Below are positions 59,778 to 64,000 of a stretch of DNA of 64,000 nucleotides, one piece after another. The position numbers and the translations under genes were made by a program. Numbering within the stretch: the stretch's first letter is position 1; every line of letters starts with the position of its first letter. The stretch covers positions 704,001 to 768,000 of the forward strand of contig CAWJET010000002.1 in the NCBI GenBank assembly GCA_963842085.1. The letters are read 5' to 3'. Under the pieces are notes generated by a model, which made no database searches, was not told where the DNA came from, and saw only the letters and a list, made by a program, of their open reading frames with translations. This stretch comes from an uncultured delta proteobacterium (lineage in GTDB: Bacteria; Desulfobacterota; Binatia; Binatales; Binataceae).

Positions 59778-59962
59778 TTGAGGAGCCTGCGCTTTTTCAA
59801 ATCGTCGTGATGCTCGTTGTCGGCAGGTTTGGAGCCGGGAACACGGTAATCGCCCGCGGCCCGGGTGCCGAGGTCGATCATCTGGCATCGCTCGGAGCAA
59901 AACGGGCGAAAGCGATTTTTTGGCGATAGGTCAGCCGGCCTTTTGCAGATGGGACACGTCAT
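59774..59962 (-). CDS. yacG: DNA gyrase inhibitor YacG
   Basis: CPIC..RPFCSERCQMIDLG..Y.VP. Confidence 0.9.
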   Translation of the reverse strand: MTCPICKRPADLSPKNRFRPFCSERCQMIDLGTRAAGDYRVPGSKPADNEHHDDLKKRRLLN

Positions 59963-60042
59963 CTTGTCTAAGAAAATTGTCAGATGAACGCGCGACGCGC
60001 AACGAGGCGGAACTGGGGTTTGCGGAACTGCCCGCTACCCTA

Positions 60043-60066
60043 CCCCCTTCCCACGTGGGAAGGGGG
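60043..60066. repeat. 24-bp perfect palindrome, REP-like
   Basis: CCCCCTTCCCAC|GTGGGAAGGGGG preceded by a C-rich leader (CCCGCTACCCTA). Confidence 0.65.
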
Positions 60067-60146
60067 ACAATCGCGGAGAGAAGCTGGAACATCCCGGTCT
60101 TCTCGAGTTCGCGGACGCAGCGACCGGAAGCGGAGCGCTCGCCCAA

Positions 60147-60170
60147 GCGTTCAGGCAGTCACCTGAACGC
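60147..60170 (-). terminator. Hairpin downstream of the lipoprotein gene
   Basis: GCGTTCAGG-CAGTCA-CCTGAACGC, perfect 9-bp stem; weak U-tract. Confidence 0.45.
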
Positions 60171-60196
60171 CAGACTCAATATGTATCGCCGCCCGT

Positions 60197-60514
60197 TCAG
60201 GGCGTAATGCCGCCGCGCTGAACGAAGACGCTGCCCTTGGGCCCGACGCGAACGCAATTCACGTCGGTGCGATTGAACTCCGGCGTACACAGTGGCTGAT
60301 CGACGGCCGGACACTTGTAGAGGTTCGGCTGGATCTGCTCGCACTTTTCCAGCGCGAAATTTGCTGCAATTGGCTGTGCGGGCGCCTGTTCCGTGCTCTG
60401 CGACGAGCATCCGCCAAGCGCGAGCATCCCAAGCGAGGCAGCCAGGGCCGCGGCCGGAATGATCCGCAGGCAGCGTTCGCGAGTTTTCGAGCCGACAACG
60501 TTTGTGGTTCGCAT
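60197..60514 (-). CDS. Small cysteine-rich hypothetical lipoprotein
   Basis: GAGGAG RBS, lipobox LGGC, four further Cys in the mature part. Confidence 0.7.
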   Translation of the reverse strand: MRTTNVVGSKTRERCLRIIPAAALAASLGMLALGGCSSQSTEQAPAQPIAANFALEKCEQIQPNLYKCPAVDQPLCTPEFNRTDVNCVRVGPKGSVFVQRGGITP

Positions 60515-60647
60515 CGAGTTCTCCTCTCAACCGGGTTGAGGCGGCAATTCGCCTGTTTCGACCCTCAGCAGCCGCGCGGTAGGCAAGCACACGCTGACGG
60601 ATTGTAAATACACGATGGGCGGGCTGCCTAAAAGAGGGCGATAGCGC

Positions 60648-61283
60648 TCAGAAAATGTCGGTGCCGCATCGGTCGGTGCCGCCCGAGGCTTGAAATGTCC
60701 TCATACGGAAGTCGTACGCCATGCGCTCGAAGTAGCAGAGTTGCGTCTGGTGGGCGGGAGCTTTGTAGACCAGACTGACGTGAACCTGAAGATTGGATTC
60801 GCCAGCGGCGACCGCCCGGTATGCGTCTTGTGGCAGCGAGGCATAGAAGAAGTGCGGAACGGTTGGCGAGATAATTCCCGCATCCATCGCGGACATCGCG
60901 CCTGCGGAAATCTTCACCACCTTGCCATCGACCACCGCATGAACGCTCACGATCGTGTCGAGCGCGGGGATGCTTCCGAAATTCTTGAAGTTCACCACGA
61001 TCGTCGGATGATCGGTGTCGGTCGCTTCGAGGGAGACTTGTTGGACGCCGAGGAACGGGCGATCCGCGACGGCGAAGACCGCGCTGGTGACCAGGGCCGT
61101 GCGCCAGGTCGCATAGGCGCTGAAAAAAGTGGCGAGGACCATCAGGATCGCCATGAAGTCGGCGAGCCTGAGCGCGCTCCCGAGCTTGGAGAGATACGAA
61201 CGCTCGGTGCGTATGATTTCGCGATCGCGGCGCGCGGCGGACGATGCTGGGTGCGGGTGCTGGGGGGATTCGTCTTCGGCCAT
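60648..61283 (-). CDS. Hypothetical single-pass membrane protein
   Basis: One TM (FMAILMVLATFFSAYATW) followed by a beta-rich domain (RPFLGV, FKNFGSIPA) with two C-terminal Cys. Confidence 0.65.
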   Translation of the reverse strand: MAEDESPQHPHPASSAARRDREIIRTERSYLSKLGSALRLADFMAILMVLATFFSAYATWRTALVTSAVFAVADRPFLGVQQVSLEATDTDHPTIVVNFKNFGSIPALDTIVSVHAVVDGKVVKISAGAMSAMDAGIISPTVPHFFYASLPQDAYRAVAAGESNLQVHVSLVYKAPAHQTQLCYFERMAYDFRMRTFQASGGTDRCGTDIF

Positions 61284-61302
61284 TGCGGATTCTATAGTTC
61301 GG

Positions 61303-63510
61303 CTACGGGACCGAGAACCAGATCACTGCCAGCGGCGGCATCTTAATCGCGATCGAGTGCGGAAATCCGCGCCACGGAATCGCCGCGGCCTCGACCCCGC
61401 CCATGTTGCCGGCGTTGGAGCCGCCATACGCGGCCGCGTCGGTGTTGAGAATCTCGCGATAGAATCCGGGGCCCGGCACGCCGACGCGATAGCGGCTGCG
61501 CAGCACCGGCGAGAAATTGCACACACAGATGATGCGGCGGCCGGTGCTCGGCGCCACCCGCATGAAGGCAATCATGTTGCTGTCGGCGTCGTCGGCGTCG
61601 AGCCATCGAAAGCCCGACGGGTCGGTGTCCGCCTCCCACAGCGCGGGCTCGTCGCGGTAGATGCGGTTGAGGTCGCGCACCAGCACCTGCAGCTCGCGAT
61701 GGTCGGGGTATTCGAGCAGGTTCCAGTCCAGGCTCGAGTCGTGATCCCATTCGCGCCACTGGCCGATTTCCTCGCCCATGAATATCAGCTTCTTGCCCGA
61801 GCGCGCCCACATGTAGGCGAACAGCGCGCGCTGGTTGGCGAATTGCCGCCAACGGTCGCCGGGCATCTTGGCCAGCATCGCGCGCTTGCCGTGCACGACC
61901 TCGTCATGCGACAGCGGCAGCACGAAATTTTCGCTCCAGGCGTAGAGCAGGCCGAAGGTGAGATCGCGATGATGGTAGCGGCGGTAGATGGGATCGAGCG
62001 TGAAGTACTCGAGCGTGTCGTGCATCCAGCCCATGTCCCACTTGAAGCCGAAGCCGAGTCCGCCCATGAAGACCGGGCGGCTGACTCCGGTCCACGCGGT
62101 GGATTCCTCGGCGATCATCATGATGCCGGGGTTGAGGCGGTACACGTCCTGGTTGAGCTTCTTGATGAATGAGATGGCGTCGAGGTTCTCGCGTCCGCCG
62201 AATGCGTTGGGAATCCATTCACCCTCGCGCCGCGCGTAGTCGAGGTAGATCATCGACGCGACCGCGTCCACGCGCAGGCCGTCGGCGTGGAACTCGCCCA
62301 GCCAGTAGAGCGCGCTGGCGGTCAGGAAGTTGCGCACCTCGGCGCGGCCGTAGTTGAAGATGTACGTGCCCCATTCGGGATGGTCGCCCTGGCGCGGATC
62401 GGCGTGCTCGAACAGCGCGGTGCCGTCGAAACGGCCGAGGCTGAATTCGTCTTTGGGAAAATGCGCGGGCACCCAGTCGAGGATGACGCCGATGCCGCGG
62501 CGGTGCAGCTCGTCGATGAGGTAGCGCAGGTCGTCGGGGCTGCCGTAGCGCGAGGTCGGCGCGAAGTAGCCGCTGACCTGGTAGCCCCACGAGGGGCTGA
62601 ACGGATGCTCCATCACCGGCATCAGCTCGACGTGGGTGAAGCCCATGCGCGTCACGTAGTCGCCAAGCATCGGTGTGATCTCGCGATAGGTCAGCGAACG
62701 ATTGCCTTCCTCGGGCACCCGCCGCCAGGAGCCGAGATGGACCTCGTAGATCGAGACGGGGCTCTTGATCCATTCGCGGCGCTCCCGCTCTGCAAGCCAC
62801 TCCGCGTCGTGGAACTGGTACTTCGATTGATAAACGATCGAGGCCGTCGCCGGCGGCACTTCCATCCGCTGCGCGAAGGGATCGCTCTTGAGCAGCAGGC
62901 CGCCGTCGCGCGTGCGAATTTCGTATTTGTAATTGATGCCCGCGCCGAGGCCGGGGATGAACAGCTCCCACACGCCTGAGCTGCCGAGCGTGCGCATCAT
63001 GTGGACGCGGCCGTCCCAGCGATTGAAGTCGCCGACTACGCTGACGCCGCGCGCGTTGGGCGCCCACACCGCGAACGACACGCCGCCGATCCCGGCCATC
63101 TCGCGCACGTGCGCGCCGAGCTTGTCGTAGGCACGATCGTCCTTCTGCTCGCCCCACAGATGAAGATCGAGGTCGCCGACCGTCGGCAGGAACGAATACG
63201 GATCATAGGTCGTGATCGATTCGCCGTCGGGATAGTGAATCTCGAACTGATACGGAAAAATCGAGACGCGATGCTCGATCGAAGTTTCGAACAGCCCTGC
63301 CGGATCGCGCAGGCGCATCGGACACGGCGCGTCGCCCGGCACCAGCAGGTCGATTCGCGACGCCCCCGGGCGAAACGCGCGGACCACCAGGCGCTTGCCG
63401 TCAAGATGCGCGCCCAGGATCGAATGAGGATCGTAATGCTCGAACGCCAGCAGGCGTTCCAGTTCAGCGTCCGGTGCGCTCGAGCCGATGACTTCAGCCT
63501 TCATTTCCAA
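61303..63510 (-). CDS. glgB: 1,4-alpha-glucan branching enzyme
   Basis: [52 protein letters not shown]. Confidence 0.98.
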   Translation of the reverse strand: MEMKAEVIGSSAPDAELERLLAFEHYDPHSILGAHLDGKRLVVRAFRPGASRIDLLVPGDAPCPMRLRDPAGLFETSIEHRVSIFPYQFEIHYPDGESITTYDPYSFLPTVGDLDLHLWGEQKDDRAYDKLGAHVREMAGIGGVSFAVWAPNARGVSVVGDFNRWDGRVHMMRTLGSSGVWELFIPGLGAGINYKYEIRTRDGGLLLKSDPFAQRMEVPPATASIVYQSKYQFHDAEWLAERERREWIKSPVSIYEVHLGSWRRVPEEGNRSLTYREITPMLGDYVTRMGFTHVELMPVMEHPFSPSWGYQVSGYFAPTSRYGSPDDLRYLIDELHRRGIGVILDWVPAHFPKDEFSLGRFDGTALFEHADPRQGDHPEWGTYIFNYGRAEVRNFLTASALYWLGEFHADGLRVDAVASMIYLDYARREGEWIPNAFGGRENLDAISFIKKLNQDVYRLNPGIMMIAEESTAWTGVSRPVFMGGLGFGFKWDMGWMHDTLEYFTLDPIYRRYHHRDLTFGLLYAWSENFVLPLSHDEVVHGKRAMLAKMPGDRWRQFANQRALFAYMWARSGKKLIFMGEEIGQWREWDHDSSLDWNLLEYPDHRELQVLVRDLNRIYRDEPALWEADTDPSGFRWLDADDADSNMIAFMRVAPSTGRRIICVCNFSPVLRSRYRVGVPGPGFYREILNTDAAAYGGSNAGNMGGVEAAAIPWRGFPHSIAIKMPPLAVIWFSVP

Positions 63511-63569
63511 GTGCGAAGTCTAAACGATAGATTCGTCGTAAGCGACCCTGGTCCGGATGGAGACCGACT

Positions 63570-64000
63570 ATGAGTTCCACGCCCAATCCAAGACAATCGA
63601 ACAACCTGCCCGGCTTCGACCCGATGATGGGACAGCTCGAAGTGCTCGAGCCGGGAATTGCGATGTTCCACGGCTTCGCCAACGTCGCGTTCGCATACGG
63701 CCGCGGCGAGATGATCGTCGTCGATACCAGCTCGCGGCTGATGGGCGCGATGGCGGTGCGCGCGATTCGCGCGGTCAGCGAGGAGCCGTTCGCCTTCCTC
63801 ATCTATACGCATGGCCACGGCGATCACGCGTTCGGCACCGAGGCTTTCAGCGCCGACGCGCTCGCGCGTGGGCATGCGCGGCCGAAAATCTGGGCGCACG
63901 AGGACGTCGCCGGCCGCTTCAAGCGCTACGCGCTGACCCGCGGATGGCAAACGCACATCAATCGGCTCCAGTTCGGCGGCGCGTTCGCCACCGAGGGACT
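63570..64000 (+). CDS. MBL-fold hydrolase, alkyl-sulfatase-like (3'-partial; not in the ORF track)
   Basis: GGAG RBS, ATG 63570; reads FANV..VVDT..IYTHGHGDHAFG..WAHEDV..RF.RY..IN..QFG and runs off the window. Confidence 0.85.
   Translation, partial: MSSTPNPRQSNNLPGFDPMMGQLEVLEPGIAMFHGFANVAFAYGRGEMIVVDTSSRLMGAMAVRAIRAVSEEPFAFLIYTHGHGDHAFGTEAFSADALARGHARPKIWAHEDVAGRFKRYALTRGWQTHINRLQFGGAFATEG

Noticed and set aside
60047-60062. Palindrome with a CACGTG core considered as a second parS
   Set aside because: Each half-site (CTTCCCAC) differs from parS at three positions; a REP-like element fits better.

Overview
GC-rich bacterial chromosomal window from a diderm, deltaproteobacterial-like lineage. 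Gene content and order (DUF1329, cdaA-cdaR-glmM, CxxxY-type ccm cluster, lysC-cimA) suggest Candidatus Binatota, by inference only. The left ~24 kb is accessory-rich: a DUF1329 gene, a membrane-spanning vWA-FHA protein divergent from a secreted DUF4382-like protein and lipoprotein pair, an orphan EmrA/HlyD, an APH kinase, and a mosaic islet. The islet holds a GluR0-like ligand-gated channel lacking the GYG filter, two paralogous outer-membrane proteins, YceI and two gene remnants. These are followed by acnA, lhr and a broken HMA/TauE locus. The remainder is a minus-strand housekeeping backbone: clpP, gltX, guaA, der-era-rnc, mtaB-mnmA-iscS, cysE-cimA-lysC, tsaE-nnr, glmM-cdaR-cdaA-folP-ftsH-tilS, cbpM-cbpA, ccmE-F-H-I-A-B-C-D, lpxA-yacG and glgB, with a few plus-strand insertions. 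A near-consensus parS site lies inside ccmH. No rRNA, tRNA, CRISPR array, integrase or transposase was seen. All product calls are from motif recognition by eye; no database search was run.
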